Notes under the pieces: generated by a model
Seen by the model: the letters and a program-made list of their open reading frames with translations, nothing else
Databases searched by the model: none
Told to the model about the DNA's origin: nothing
Origin: an uncultured delta proteobacterium
GTDB lineage: Bacteria > Myxococcota_A > Polyangia > Palsa-1104
Length of the DNA: 64,000 nt
NCBI GenBank assembly: GCA_963785725.1
Contig: CAWAWS010000007.1
Span: forward strand, 640,001-704,000
Direction: 5' to 3'
Shown here: in pieces, positions 1-10,012 of the stretch
Position numbering within the stretch: the first letter of the stretch is position 1
Layout: each line of letters opens with the position of its first letter
Position numbers and translations under genes: made by a program

Positions 1-497
1 TGCTGCGCGCCAACAAGGTGGCCGCCGCCAAGCTGCTGCCCGCGCCGCTGCAGAAGTATCTGGAGGAGCGGGTGCTGCCGTCGAGCTGGTATCCGGCCAA
101 GGATCACGTGCAGCTGGCGCGCGTCCTCGCGACCGTCGTGCCGCTCGGCAACGAGCCTTACCACGTGATGGGCCGCGGCGCGGCGCAGCACGATCTCAGC
201 GGCATCTACAAAGCGCGCCTGTACGCCGGCGATCCGATGCGCACGCTGGAATCGGGGCTCGGGCTGTGGCGCACCTATTGCGACAGCGGCGAGATGGCGC
301 TCACGCGCAAAGGCGAGCGCGCGGCCGTGGTCACGCTGCGCGATTACGTCGACGTGTCGCGCGAGATGTGCGGCATCGCCGGCGGTTACGTGGCGGAGCT
401 GGCGGCGTTGGGCGGGGCCAAGAGCGTCGCCCTGCGCAAGCTGTCCTGTCGGCTCGAAGGCGCGCCGCAATGCCAGTGGGATCTCAGCTGGTCCTAA
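1..497 (+). CDS. 5'-truncated myxobacterial DUF2378/V4R-like protein
   Basis: Frame is open from the window start; motifs 'LPSSWYP', 'LWRTYCDSG', 'GGYVAELAALGGA' and C-terminal 'C..EGAPQCQWDLSW' resemble the myxobacterial TIGR02265/V4R-like family. Confidence 0.55.
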   Translation, partial: LRANKVAAAKLLPAPLQKYLEERVLPSSWYPAKDHVQLARVLATVVPLGNEPYHVMGRGAAQHDLSGIYKARLYAGDPMRTLESGLGLWRTYCDSGEMALTRKGERAAVVTLRDYVDVSREMCGIAGGYVAELAALGGAKSVALRKLSCRLEGAPQCQWDLSWS

Positions 498-501
498 GCC
501 G

Positions 502-1494
502 TCAGCTGTCGCTGTCGTCGGGCGCGCCGCCCGAGCGCGCCAGGTCTTGCGGACGAATCTTGGCGGCGTCGAGGCCGCGCACGCGCTTGGTCATCGTCTG
601 CAAGAGCTCGTCGAACGGCGGCGCGGCGCCCTTCATGAACCGCAGCGGATTGACGCGCGCCACGACGAAGGCCTTCAAATACGGGCTCGTCAGCCCCTTG
701 GCCTTCAACGCCGCCACCGCCTCGGCGACGGCGTCATCGAACGTCAACAGCACCTGCGCGCGCCGCTCACGCTCGCCCAAGGCCTCGGACAGCGGCGCCT
801 TCGAGAACGCCTCCACCTTCTTCAGGAACGGCTGATACGCGCCGCCCGACAGCCGCCCGCGCTCGGCGTAGGCGAAGCCGAGCGTGCACAGCGCCGGCTC
901 TTCGAACTCGAGCGCGTATTGCTCCTCGGGAATGTCGCCGCGCAGCCGCGCCAGCTCGCCGTACATGCGATGCACCTCCAGCGACTTCTCACGCAGGTTG
1001 TGCGCCTTCTCGATGTTGAGCGCGAGGATTTGATAGGCCACCGCGGCGTCGGGGATCAGCAGCGCCAAGATCGTCTTCGCGCCCAGCTCCTTCATCGCCG
1101 TCAAGCGGTGGTGGCCGTTCGGCGTCTGATAGCCGTCGCCGACGCGCACGGCGATCACCGGATCGAGGTAGCGCCGCGTGCGATCCATCGCCAGCGTCAG
1201 CTTGCGCACGTGCGCGTCCGACACGTCGCGCTGATAGGGCGTCGGCTCGACTTTGTCGATGGGCAGCGCCGCGAACAGCTGCACGTGCCCGCCGAGCGGC
1301 TCGCGATAGCTGGCCAGGACGCGCCCGCCGTCGGCGACGACCGCGTCCGCCAGCGCCTGCGCCTCGCCGTCGAGCGTCGCCACCGCCAGCTGGTCTGCGC
1401 CGAGCTCGGTGGGCTTGAGCTTCACGCCTTTGCGCGCCCGCGGCTTGCCGCTCTTGGTCTTCGGTCGCGCCGTCCGCTTCTTCGCCGTCGCCAT
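502..1494 (-). CDS. ParB N-terminal (ParB/Srx) domain protein with basic N-terminal tail
   Basis: 'IDKVEPTPYQRDVS', 'YLDPVIAV', 'TPNGHHRLTAM', 'LALNIEKAHNLREK' match the ParB/Srx CTPase-like motif pattern. Confidence 0.7.
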   Translation of the reverse strand: MATAKKRTARPKTKSGKPRARKGVKLKPTELGADQLAVATLDGEAQALADAVVADGGRVLASYREPLGGHVQLFAALPIDKVEPTPYQRDVSDAHVRKLTLAMDRTRRYLDPVIAVRVGDGYQTPNGHHRLTAMKELGAKTILALLIPDAAVAYQILALNIEKAHNLREKSLEVHRMYGELARLRGDIPEEQYALEFEEPALCTLGFAYAERGRLSGGAYQPFLKKVEAFSKAPLSEALGERERRAQVLLTFDDAVAEAVAALKAKGLTSPYLKAFVVARVNPLRFMKGAAPPFDELLQTMTKRVRGLDAAKIRPQDLARSGGAPDDSDS

Positions 1495-1537
1495 GTCGGT
1501 CGCCTGCTCTCTCGTTTGATGATATGTAAGCGCGCTC

Positions 1538-2536
1538 GTGTCTCGGATCCACGACGTGCGCCCCGGCGGTTACGCCTGGTGGTACTTCGATGCGCTCAGC
1601 GATGACGGTCAGCGCGCGCTCAGCGTCATCTTCTTCGTCGGCAGCGTATTTTCGCCCGATTATGCCGCGCGGCTGCGGCGTGGGGAAGTGGCGCGCGCCG
1701 AGGAGCACGTCGCCGTCAACGTCGCCTTGTACGATCGCGACAAGCGGCTCGCCTGGGTCATGAGCGAATATGGCCCGAGCGCGCTCATCGCCGGCGACGA
1801 CGACGGCCCCCACATCGCCACGAGCCGCGTCGAGCGCCTCGCCAACGGCGGTCTGCGCCTGACGTTGCGCGAGCGCACGGCGCCGTTCTTGGTCGCGCTG
1901 ACGGGCGTCGGCACGCCGATCGCGGGCACGATCGAGCTCGAGCCGCACGCGCCGCCACTCGACCCCATCGAGCTCGCCAGCGGCGGCGGTCGCGAGCAGC
2001 ACTGGTGGCAGGCGCGCATGCCGCGCGCGCGGGCCCGCGTCCGGTTCACGCGGCCCGACTGGTCCTTCGACGGCGTCGGCTACCACGACGTCAACCATGG
2101 CGACGGCCGCTTGGAGCGCGCCTTTTCCAGCTGGAGCTGGGCCCGCTTTCACGACGCCGCGCGCACGACCATCCTGTACGCGCTGCACGAACGCGACCGC
2201 CCGGCGCGCGCCCTCGTCGTCGACGCGCGCGACGATCGTCCGGCCATCGTGCAACCGGCGCTGCTCCTGCCCGAAGGCGAGCGCCGCCGCGCGCCGTGGG
2301 GACTGCCGCTGCCGCGCTGGTTCGCGCTCGACAGTGAAGGCGCGACGCTGCGCTGCAGCGTCGGCCGGCTCTACGAGGCGTCGCCGTTTTACGCCCGCTA
2401 CCAGGCCGCGCTCGCCGTGCGCGGTGGCGCCGAGCCGCGCGAAGCCCGCGGCGTCGGCGAGTACCTCGATCTCGACCGCTTCGACTCCCGCGGCATCCAG
2501 TTCCTGCTACGATTCAAGACACGGCGCTCCTCATGA
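1538..2536 (+). CDS. crtC: carotenoid 1,2-hydratase (hydroxyneurosporene synthase)
   Basis: 'GGYAWWYFDALSDDG..LSVIFFVGSVFSPDY', 'GVGYHDVNHG..LE..FSSWSWARF', 'EASPFYARY', 'GVGEYLDLDRF' are characteristic of CrtC. Confidence 0.85.
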   Translation: MSRIHDVRPGGYAWWYFDALSDDGQRALSVIFFVGSVFSPDYAARLRRGEVARAEEHVAVNVALYDRDKRLAWVMSEYGPSALIAGDDDGPHIATSRVERLANGGLRLTLRERTAPFLVALTGVGTPIAGTIELEPHAPPLDPIELASGGGREQHWWQARMPRARARVRFTRPDWSFDGVGYHDVNHGDGRLERAFSSWSWARFHDAARTTILYALHERDRPARALVVDARDDRPAIVQPALLLPEGERRRAPWGLPLPRWFALDSEGATLRCSVGRLYEASPFYARYQAALAVRGGAEPREARGVGEYLDLDRFDSRGIQFLLRFKTRRSS

Positions 2537-3738
2537 CGCTCTCCCTCGTGTTCGCTGGATGGGCGCTTTTGGCGGCCGCCTTTACCGTCGTCGCCATTCA
2601 GTCGACGCGGCAGCTCTATCGTCATTCCCAGCGCGCGCGCACGCTCGGTCGCGCCTGGCCGACGATCGCGCTCGTGCGACCGTGCGAAGGGCTCGATCCG
2701 TCGCTGGCCGAGACGCTGCGCAGCTCGTTCACGGCGCGCTACGAAGGTCGGCGCGCCATCTACTTTTGTATTCCGTCGGTGAATGATCCGGCGTGGCCGG
2801 TGGCGGCGCGCGTGCGCGACGAGCTCGTGGCCGCCGGCGCCGACGTGACGCTGGTGGCGACGGCGATCGAGACGCGCGCCAACCGCAAGGCGGCGCAGCT
2901 GGCCGTCGTCGACCCGCTCCTGCCGGCGGAGGCCAAGCTGCTCGTCATCGCCGACAGCGACGTGCAGCTCGATGACGACTCGTTGCCGTCGCTGGTCAGC
3001 GCGCTGACGGCCGATCCGGAAGCGGGCGCGGCGTCGGCGCCGCCCATCGACGTCAGCGCGCGCACCGCCGGCGATCGCTGGTCGGCGGCGCTGTTGTCGT
3101 CGACGCCGCACGCGCTCTTGGCGCTGGCGGGCCTCTCGGCGCGCTCGGGCGGCGTCGCACTGCTGGCCGGCGCGCTGCTCGCCGTTCGTCGCCAGGCGCT
3201 CGCCGCCGTCGGTGGATTCCGCTCGCTCGAGCCGTACTTGGGCGAAGACTTCGAGCTCGCGCGCCGCTTGCACGACGCCGGCCTGCGCATGGCGACATCG
3301 GCGGCGCCGGCGCGCTTCACCGACTCCGGCCGCTCGCTCGGGCAAGTCGTCGCCCGCTATGCGCGCTGGTCGCTCGTCGTCCGCCGGCAGCGACCGGCGC
3401 TGTTCGCGACCTATGCGCTGCTGCTCGGCTGTACGCCGCTCTTGCTCGTCGCGGCGTTGGCGCTCGTCGCCGCGCGCGCCGACGGCGCCGGCTGGGCGGC
3501 GGCGGCGACGGCGCTCTTGGTCACGACGCGCACCCTCCTGGCGCTGCAGCTGCGCCGGTATTACGCCGTCGCCGGCGGCCCGCTGCGCGCGTTCGGCGCG
3601 ATGCTCGCCGGCGAGCTCCTCATCGTCGCCGGCTCGTCGCAGGCGCTCTGGTCCGCCGAGGTCGAATGGCGCGGCCGCCGCTTCTACGTCGGCGAACGCG
3701 GCGCCCTCGTGCCCGTCGTTCCCACCGACGGGCCATAG
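2533..3738 (+). CDS. membrane glycosyltransferase, ceramide glucosyltransferase/HpnI-like (probable carotenoid glycosyltransferase)
   Basis: 'RPCEG.D..L..TL.S', 'ANRKAAQL', 'VIADSDV', 'LGEDFELARRL', 'RYARW', 'VEWRGRRF'; ATGA overlap with crtC. Confidence 0.75.
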   Translation: MTLSLVFAGWALLAAAFTVVAIQSTRQLYRHSQRARTLGRAWPTIALVRPCEGLDPSLAETLRSSFTARYEGRRAIYFCIPSVNDPAWPVAARVRDELVAAGADVTLVATAIETRANRKAAQLAVVDPLLPAEAKLLVIADSDVQLDDDSLPSLVSALTADPEAGAASAPPIDVSARTAGDRWSAALLSSTPHALLALAGLSARSGGVALLAGALLAVRRQALAAVGGFRSLEPYLGEDFELARRLHDAGLRMATSAAPARFTDSGRSLGQVVARYARWSLVVRRQRPALFATYALLLGCTPLLLVAALALVAARADGAGWAAAATALLVTTRTLLALQLRRYYAVAGGPLRAFGAMLAGELLIVAGSSQALWSAEVEWRGRRFYVGERGALVPVVPTDGP

Positions 3739-3881
3739 TCACGCGCGCCTGCCGCGACTGGCGAACGGCGTCCTCGTTTCCAACGTCTCTCGGCCTTCCC
3801 GTTTTACGTCGAGGTATCGCCGCCGCTCGGGATTTCTGGCCGTAGTCGACCAAGCGAGCTGACGAGTCTGCGGCGGTGCCG

Positions 3882-4460
3882 TCAGCGTCCGCTGGCCGTG
3901 CCGCCCGCGCCCGCGAATTCGTCCGTCGTACAGCCGAGCGCCGCCAGCGCCGCCACCAGCGCGCCCAGCCGCTCGTCCGTCAGCGGCCCCTCAGACGCAA
4001 AGCGCACCTGGCCCGCGCCGTCGGTCAGCACGATCGCGCTGCGATGTTGCGTCAGACCCCAGGTCTTGCGCAGCGTCCCGTGCCAGTCGGCGTAGATCGT
4101 CGTGTTGTGCTTGCGCGCGATGTCCTTCAAATCCGACAGCACCGCGCGCCGCGCCGGCCACCAATTCCACGCCGCCACGTCCGCCACCGCCATGAACTCG
4201 AAGCGTTCACGATTTTGCGGCACGTCGTTGATGCGACCGAGCACCGCGCGCGCATGCTCGTTCTGCGACTGCGCCTCGCGATCCTCGTACAACACCAGCA
4301 TCGGCCGGCCGATCGGCAGCGTGCGCGGCTGCGCGGCGGCGACGTCGTCGATGGCCACCGCGGTCAGCGGCGTGCCCACTTGCGGAAGCGCCCACGCAGG
4401 CGCGGCTATCGAGATGGCGGCGCCGAGAGCGACCACCATCACCCCCCGATATGGCATCAT
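3882..4460 (-). CDS. exported YtfJ-like/thioredoxin-fold protein
   Basis: Signal peptide, then 'LVLYEDRE..SQN', 'IYADWHG.LRK.WGL', 'IVLTDGAGQVRFASEGPL'. Confidence 0.55.
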   Translation of the reverse strand: MMPYRGVMVVALGAAISIAAPAWALPQVGTPLTAVAIDDVAAAQPRTLPIGRPMLVLYEDREAQSQNEHARAVLGRINDVPQNRERFEFMAVADVAAWNWWPARRAVLSDLKDIARKHNTTIYADWHGTLRKTWGLTQHRSAIVLTDGAGQVRFASEGPLTDERLGALVAALAALGCTTDEFAGAGGTASGR

Positions 4461-4472
4461 CCCAGTCTACAC

Positions 4473-5222
4473 GTGGACCAGGCGCCTGCCATCACCGTCG
4501 TCGTCGCTGCCCACAACGAGGAAGCCAGCCTGCCGCGCTGCCTCGGCTCGGTGCGCGCCGCCGCTGCCGACGCCGAGCTGATCGTGGTCGACAACTGTTC
4601 CACGGATGGGACAGCGGCCGTCGCCGTCGCCGGCGGCGCGCGCGTCGTCACCGAGGCGCGGCTCGGCGCCGTCAACGCCAAAGCCGCCGGCGTCAGCGCG
4701 GCGCGCGGCGCCCTCATCGCCGTCATCGACGCCGACAGCACCTGCCCGCCCGATTGGCTGACCAAGATCGCCGCCGCCTTCGCCGCCGATCCGCGGCTCG
4801 TCGGTCTCTCCGGCCCGGCGCGTTATCCGGGCGCGCGCCCGTGGGTCCACGTCGTCATGGCCATCTGGTTCGGCTTCTGGAAGCTCATCCAAGCCGTCAC
4901 CGGCACCGCCTACTACGCCGTCGGCACCAACGTCGCCTTCCGCAAAGACGCCTACCTGCGCGCCGGCGGCTACGACACGAACGTGCTCGTCGGCGGCGAC
5001 GAGGTCGCGCTCTTCCGCCGCCTGCGCCGCGTGGGCCTGACGCGCTACACCGACGCGCTGTGGGTCGACACCGACGCCCGCCGCACCGAAGTCGGCTTCC
5101 TGCGCTTCTTCTTCGGCACCGTGCTCTTGCACTACGTCATCAACTATCCGATCTATCGCTTGACCGGTATTTCGCTGGTCAAACGCTATACGCCCGGCTC
5201 GCGCTTACTGCCGCGTCAGTAG
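4473..5222 (+). CDS. glycosyltransferase family 2
   Basis: 'TVVVAAHNEEASL', 'LIVVDNCSTDGT', 'IAVIDADS', 'GTNVAFRK'; GTG start inferred within the long 3876 ORF. Confidence 0.85.
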   Translation: MDQAPAITVVVAAHNEEASLPRCLGSVRAAAADAELIVVDNCSTDGTAAVAVAGGARVVTEARLGAVNAKAAGVSAARGALIAVIDADSTCPPDWLTKIAAAFAADPRLVGLSGPARYPGARPWVHVVMAIWFGFWKLIQAVTGTAYYAVGTNVAFRKDAYLRAGGYDTNVLVGGDEVALFRRLRRVGLTRYTDALWVDTDARRTEVGFLRFFFGTVLLHYVINYPIYRLTGISLVKRYTPGSRLLPRQ

Positions 5223-5954
5223 ATCGCGGATCACTTTATCGACGACGAAGTTGTGGCCGAGCGTCGGATCCACCGCGATTCGCCGCGCGCCCGCCGGTCC
5301 GACCTCGGGCGGCGCCGCCGAGGTCCCCCAATACGGATGCATGACCGGGTCGGAGGGATAGGTCGTCACGTATTCGATGACGTCGACGCCCGCCGGCGGC
5401 TGCGGATAGCGCAAAAAGCGCGTGCCGATGCCGAGCATGAGCGGCGAGTGCAGCGAATCGACCTCGCTCCACGGCGCAAAGTGCATGCCCGCGAACGGCG
5501 CGCCGATGGTCACCATCGTCAGCTTCACCGCCGGGGCTTGCAGGTAGCCGAGCGCGTGCGCGCCGACCAGCCCGGCCGCCGAATGGGTCACGACGACGAT
5601 CTCGCGCAGCGACGACGGCGGCGACGTCTCGGCCGCGGTCACGAGCGCCGCCAGCTCGCGCGCCGCGCGGTCGATCGAGCCCCACGGCTGCCACCAGAAC
5701 ACGACGAACTCGACGTTCGGCGCCGCTCGCAGCCGCGCCACCGGCGTGTCCCACTCCCAGCCGTAGCCGAGCAGGCCCGGCACGATCACGAACAGCCGCT
5801 CGGTCCCTGGCTTGAGCGGCGGCAGCGTCGGATGTAGGCCCTCGAGCACGCGACAGCTCGGACAGCTGCGCGCGGGCGGCACGATGCAGCCGGCCGTCGA
5901 CAGCGCGAGCAGGACCAGACAGACGCGAATGAAGCGGACGCAAAAAATGGACAC
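5205..5954 (-). CDS. lipoprotein with alpha/beta-hydrolase-like fold
   Basis: Lipobox 'STAGC'; 'VIVPGL', 'VVVTHSAAG' nucleophile elbow, 'VTIGAPFAG'. Confidence 0.55.
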   Translation of the reverse strand: MSIFCVRFIRVCLVLLALSTAGCIVPPARSCPSCRVLEGLHPTLPPLKPGTERLFVIVPGLLGYGWEWDTPVARLRAAPNVEFVVFWWQPWGSIDRAARELAALVTAAETSPPSSLREIVVVTHSAAGLVGAHALGYLQAPAVKLTMVTIGAPFAGMHFAPWSEVDSLHSPLMLGIGTRFLRYPQPPAGVDVIEYVTTYPSDPVMHPYWGTSAAPPEVGPAGARRIAVDPTLGHNFVVDKVIRDLLTRQ

Positions 5955-6001
5955 GATGACGTGATCGCCGAGCCCCGATCATATCGCCGATTGAACGAGA
6001 A

Positions 6002-6745
6002 TTACAGGCGATCGGCGACGGCGCGCAGCACGCGCGGCGAAAACAGCATGCCGACATGGCCGACGTTGGGCACGTGCATGAGCTCGTCGGTCGTCGCCAG
6101 CGCGCCCGCGGCCAGCTGCTCGCGCGTGACGCCGTTGTGCGCCGCGAAGACGCGCGGAAAGACGATGTTGTCGGAGCCGGCGACGATCGACGTGAACTTG
6201 ACGCGCGCCGCCGCGGGCTGTGTCGACCGCAGCCGCGCGATGAGCGGCGAGTCGGGCCGCAGCTCGCGTCCGACACGCGTCGCCACCCAATAGGCGCCGT
6301 ACGTCCCATGATGCGGCGACGACAGCGTGATGCAGCGATCGACGCGCCGCGCGCCGCCGAGCTCCTGCAGGTAACAGCGCGCGACGACGCCGCCGAGCGA
6401 ATGGCACACCAAGTCGATGCGTCCGCCGCGCACGCGCTCCTTCAGGAACTGCTTGAGCGCCCGCGCCGAATGCTCGATGCCGGCCGAGCTCTGATAGTCG
6501 AACGACAAGACCGGCCCGAGCCCGCGCAGCTTGAAGTAGGCCGCCAGCGGCAGCATCGTCGCCCGATTGGCCAGGTAGCCGTGCACGAGCACGATCGTCC
6601 GCTGCTCGGCCAGGCGCGGCGTTTTCTTGCGCTTGCCGCGGCCGAAGCCGAACGGATAGAGCAGGCTGAGCCCGACGAAGGCGGCCACTTCCTTGGCGAC
6701 CAGCTCACGCGCGCGCAGCTGCGAAGGCGGAAGATCGTAAATCAT
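6002..6745 (-). CDS. alpha/beta hydrolase (lipase/esterase family)
   Basis: 'VLVHGY', 'DLVCHSLGG', 'ITLSSPHHGT', 'D..VFP', 'VGHVGML'. Confidence 0.85.
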   Translation of the reverse strand: MIYDLPPSQLRARELVAKEVAAFVGLSLLYPFGFGRGKRKKTPRLAEQRTIVLVHGYLANRATMLPLAAYFKLRGLGPVLSFDYQSSAGIEHSARALKQFLKERVRGGRIDLVCHSLGGVVARCYLQELGGARRVDRCITLSSPHHGTYGAYWVATRVGRELRPDSPLIARLRSTQPAAARVKFTSIVAGSDNIVFPRVFAAHNGVTREQLAAGALATTDELMHVPNVGHVGMLFSPRVLRAVADRL

Positions 6746-6899
6746 GGAGCCTCCCGTGAACCGTCGACGACGTGCGGCTCACAAAGCCAAGATAGGGCAG
6801 GCGGATAATTTTGTCATACGAAAAGTGACAAATAATGTGGATGTCGTACAAAATAGGCGGCTATTCATGGTGCTTGGCAGGCGTCGTGGAAGCGGAGTT

Positions 6900-7949
6900 A
6901 TGATGCGCGCGATGCAGGTCGTGCGAGCCCGACAGGCGCTGGTGCTGGCGGCAGCGCTGATGATGCCGGCGGCGGTCCGCGCGCGCGGCACGTGCGTCGT
7001 TGCCGGCAAGAAGCCGGCGCCGCTCGTCGTCACGGTGGCGCCGAAGGGCGCGACGCCGTTCAAGCTGCGCGTCGACGGGCTGGCGGCGGCGATCGCGACC
7101 GGCGGGCTCGAGCAGCCGGCGGTGGTGACGGTGCGCGCGCCGCTGGCGTTCACGGCGACGATCGCGGCCGACGCCATTCCCGCGCGCACCAAGCGCGCCG
7201 TCGACGCGGCCAGCGGCCTCGCGCATCTGGCGGCGGCGACGGAGAAGCTGACGCTGCACGCCGACGTGCGCGGGTCGCGCGTGGAGGCGGACGTGCGGCT
7301 CGACGGCGTCGAGCTGCGCGGGCTGAATCTACCGTGCGACGCGCTGACGCTCGACGACGTGGCCGCGCCCAAGCCGCAGTTGGTCGATCACGAAGGCGGC
7401 GAGCACGCGTCGCCGGCGGGCAAGCTGCTGCATCTGCGCGCGTCGGCCGGCGGCGGTCCGACGATGGTCGTGGCCGTCGACGATCCGGCGGCGCTCGAGC
7501 TGCACGTGACCGAGCACGACGGTGATTGGACGCGCGTGACGGCGCGCTGGGCCGACGGCACGACGATCGCCGGCTGGGCCGGCGCCGGTGAGCTCGCGGC
7601 GCCGTCGCTGCACGAGGCGCTCGGCGACGCGCTGCACGGCACGGGCGGCAACGGCTGCGCGCTCGGGCCGGTGACGCGCGAGAACGAGCGCATCGTCACG
7701 GCGACGGTGGCGGCGGGCACGGACGTGTTCGCCGCGCGCTATCTGGGCGCGTGGGCCAAGGTCGTCGACGGTCGCGGCTTGCGCGTGCGCGTGCGGCCGA
7801 AGGACGATTGGGTCGAGATCGTCGCTGCGCCGGGCCTGACGAGCGTCGATGAGTGCATCAACTCGACGGTGCTGCTCGACGCGTGGATTCCGCGCGCCGC
7901 GGCGCAGCTGCCGCCCGAAGACGCGACGGCCGCGACCACGAAACCCTAG
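6900..7949 (+). CDS. exported hypothetical protein
   Basis: Coding-like GC3 bias and an N-terminal signal peptide; no family recognised; start chosen after GGAG. Confidence 0.55.
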   Translation: MMRAMQVVRARQALVLAAALMMPAAVRARGTCVVAGKKPAPLVVTVAPKGATPFKLRVDGLAAAIATGGLEQPAVVTVRAPLAFTATIAADAIPARTKRAVDAASGLAHLAAATEKLTLHADVRGSRVEADVRLDGVELRGLNLPCDALTLDDVAAPKPQLVDHEGGEHASPAGKLLHLRASAGGGPTMVVAVDDPAALELHVTEHDGDWTRVTARWADGTTIAGWAGAGELAAPSLHEALGDALHGTGGNGCALGPVTRENERIVTATVAAGTDVFAARYLGAWAKVVDGRGLRVRVRPKDDWVEIVAAPGLTSVDECINSTVLLDAWIPRAAAQLPPEDATAATTKP

Positions 7950-8185
7950 CGCGCCTCGGCTTTCGCGCGCCGTCGGGCCCGTCGCGACCGAGCGTCGCGC
8001 TCGTCGCTGACGACGGTCGCGGCCGGCGAGCTACAGCGGCCGTGTCGGGAAGGCGCGCGCGATGTGCCGTCGCGACGGGCGTCGCAGGCCGGCGGGCTCG
8101 CCGCGTCGCGATCGTTGCCGCCGCCCGTCGCTGCCGCGCGCCATGGCGGGCTCGATGTCGCCGCATGGCGACGATCGTGGCCGCC

Positions 8186-8240
8186 GCGCTCGCTGTCACC
8201 GTCGACGAGCGCTCGCTGTCACCGTCGACGAGCGCTCGCT
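8186..8240. repeat. 23-bp tandem repeat (2.4 copies)
   Basis: GCGCTCGCTGTCACCGTCGACGA twice plus a partial copy, intergenic. Confidence 0.8.
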
Positions 8241-8373
8241 TGGGCAGCAGGCTCGGCGCTGCGGAGTCGCGGCCACACTTGCGCGCCGACTGTGGCGACG
8301 CGTCTACAGCTTTGCCGCGGTCGTGTGCGAATTCTGCAGCGATGTGCAGTGGCGCGTCGCTTGCTGAAGGGCC

Positions 8374-9531
8374 GTGGCCATGAACGTCCGTAATTCCCTT
8401 TCGCGCTTCGCCCTCACCACCGTCGCGTTGGCGGCCGTCACCTCCGGTTGCGGCGGCGGCTCGTCGTCGACTTCGCCGTCGACAGGGACGAACGCGACTT
8501 CGACGACGGGCTCGGCGACCACGAGCGGCAACAGCGGCACGACCTACACCGGCACCGATGGCGGCGGCACGACGACCACGGCGGCGCACTCCGCCCACAA
8601 GCACTGCGCCTGGATCGGCGCCGACACCTTCGCCGCCGGCAAGGCCTCCTTCCTCGCCAACCCCGACTGGTTCGACGCCGTCCATCCCGTCTGGTACAGC
8701 CTGACGCCGGGCGGCGCGCCGCAGGCCGGCTCCTCGACCATCGTCGACGACGCCGACCTCATGGCGGCCGCGCACGCGCACGGCGTCAAGGTCATCCCGC
8801 TCGTCAACGGCAACTCGGTCGATTACATGCGCGCCGCCATGGCCACGCCGGACGCGATCGCCGCGCACGCGCAGACCCTCGCACAGCTGGCGCAGTCGCA
8901 CGGCTATGACGGCCTCGAGCTCGACTACGAGCACCTCTTCTTGGCCACCGATCGCGTGCCCTACAACGCGCTCATCGCCGCCGTCGCGACCGCGCTGCAC
9001 GCGGAGGGCAAGGTGTTGACGCTGGCGCTGCCGGCCATGAGCACCGCCAATCCCGACAGCGCCTACGACTACACGGCGTTGCAGTCGACCGTCGACGTCA
9101 TGCACCTCATGGGTTACGACTTCCACTATCTCGGCGGCGATCACTTGGGTCCGCTCGCGCCCGAAGGCTGGATCAGCGACGTCGCCACCTACGTGCAGTC
9201 GCTCGGTGCGCCCGGCAAATACTCGCTCGGCGTCGCCAACTACGGCATCGGCATGGGCTGGTACGCCGACGCCGCCACGGCCGCCGCGGCCTGCTTGCCG
9301 GGCACGTTCAGCGAGCAGACCGATCACATGACCGTCTGCCCGCTCGGCCATCAAACCGCCGGTCTCTCGCCGCACTGCACGACCGCGCAGGGCGACGTCT
9401 GGTTCGAGAACGCCGACTCCGCCGGGCAGAAGACGGCGATCGCTAAGGCCGCCGGCTTCGGCGGCGTCGCTTACTACACGCTCGGCGACGAGCCGGCCGG
9501 CTTCTTGGACGCGCTCGCCGCTTCGTTCTGA
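8374..9531 (+). CDS. glycoside hydrolase family 18 lipoprotein
   Basis: Lipobox 'VTSGC', Ser/Thr linker, 'HGYDGLELDYEH' (DxxDxDxE variant), 'LMGYDFH', 'VWFEN..S...K...AK..GFGGV'. Confidence 0.85.
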   Translation: MAMNVRNSLSRFALTTVALAAVTSGCGGGSSSTSPSTGTNATSTTGSATTSGNSGTTYTGTDGGGTTTTAAHSAHKHCAWIGADTFAAGKASFLANPDWFDAVHPVWYSLTPGGAPQAGSSTIVDDADLMAAAHAHGVKVIPLVNGNSVDYMRAAMATPDAIAAHAQTLAQLAQSHGYDGLELDYEHLFLATDRVPYNALIAAVATALHAEGKVLTLALPAMSTANPDSAYDYTALQSTVDVMHLMGYDFHYLGGDHLGPLAPEGWISDVATYVQSLGAPGKYSLGVANYGIGMGWYADAATAAAACLPGTFSEQTDHMTVCPLGHQTAGLSPHCTTAQGDVWFENADSAGQKTAIAKAAGFGGVAYYTLGDEPAGFLDALAASF

Positions 9532-9974
9532 GCCAGCTTGCCGCGCAGCCGCTCGACTTCGTTGCGGCTGATCTCCAGCTCCGCCAGCGCCGTCTTCAGA
9601 TCCGTCCGCACCGCCGCCAGCTCCGCGCGCAGATTCTCCTGCGCCGAGCCTGACGACAGCTTGCGATTCTCGAGGTCGCGCTTGGCCAACGTCAGCTCGT
9701 GACCGAGGCGCGACAGCTCTTGCCGCGCCGCCACCAGCTCTTCCATCGCCTCGCGCAGCCCATCGTCGTCAGGCTCGCCGATCGGCGGCGGCATCACCTG
9801 CGGCGGCACGTTCGGTCGCCGCCGCTTCGGCTCTAGCGCGATCACCTTCGCCTTCTTCTTGGCGGCCTTACCGGATTTACCTGACTTGCCCGACTTGATG
9901 GGAATGACCTTGGCTTTGCTTTTCGGCTTGAGCGTGAGCAGCTTGCCGCGCGGCGCCTTCTTGGCCATACGCAC
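9474..9974 (-). CDS. hypothetical protein, Lys-rich N-terminus and coiled-coil C-terminus
   Basis: Coding-like ORF downstream of boxB with heptad-like C-terminus; overlaps the 3' end of the GH18 gene. Confidence 0.55.
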   Translation of the reverse strand: MRMAKKAPRGKLLTLKPKSKAKVIPIKSGKSGKSGKAAKKKAKVIALEPKRRRPNVPPQVMPPPIGEPDDDGLREAMEELVAARQELSRLGHELTLAKRDLENRKLSSGSAQENLRAELAAVRTDLKTALAELEISRNEVERLRGKLAQNEAASASKKPAGSSPSV

Positions 9975-10012
9975 ATCCTACCACGCATGGGCCAAAAATC
10001 GCGTGTTCAGCG

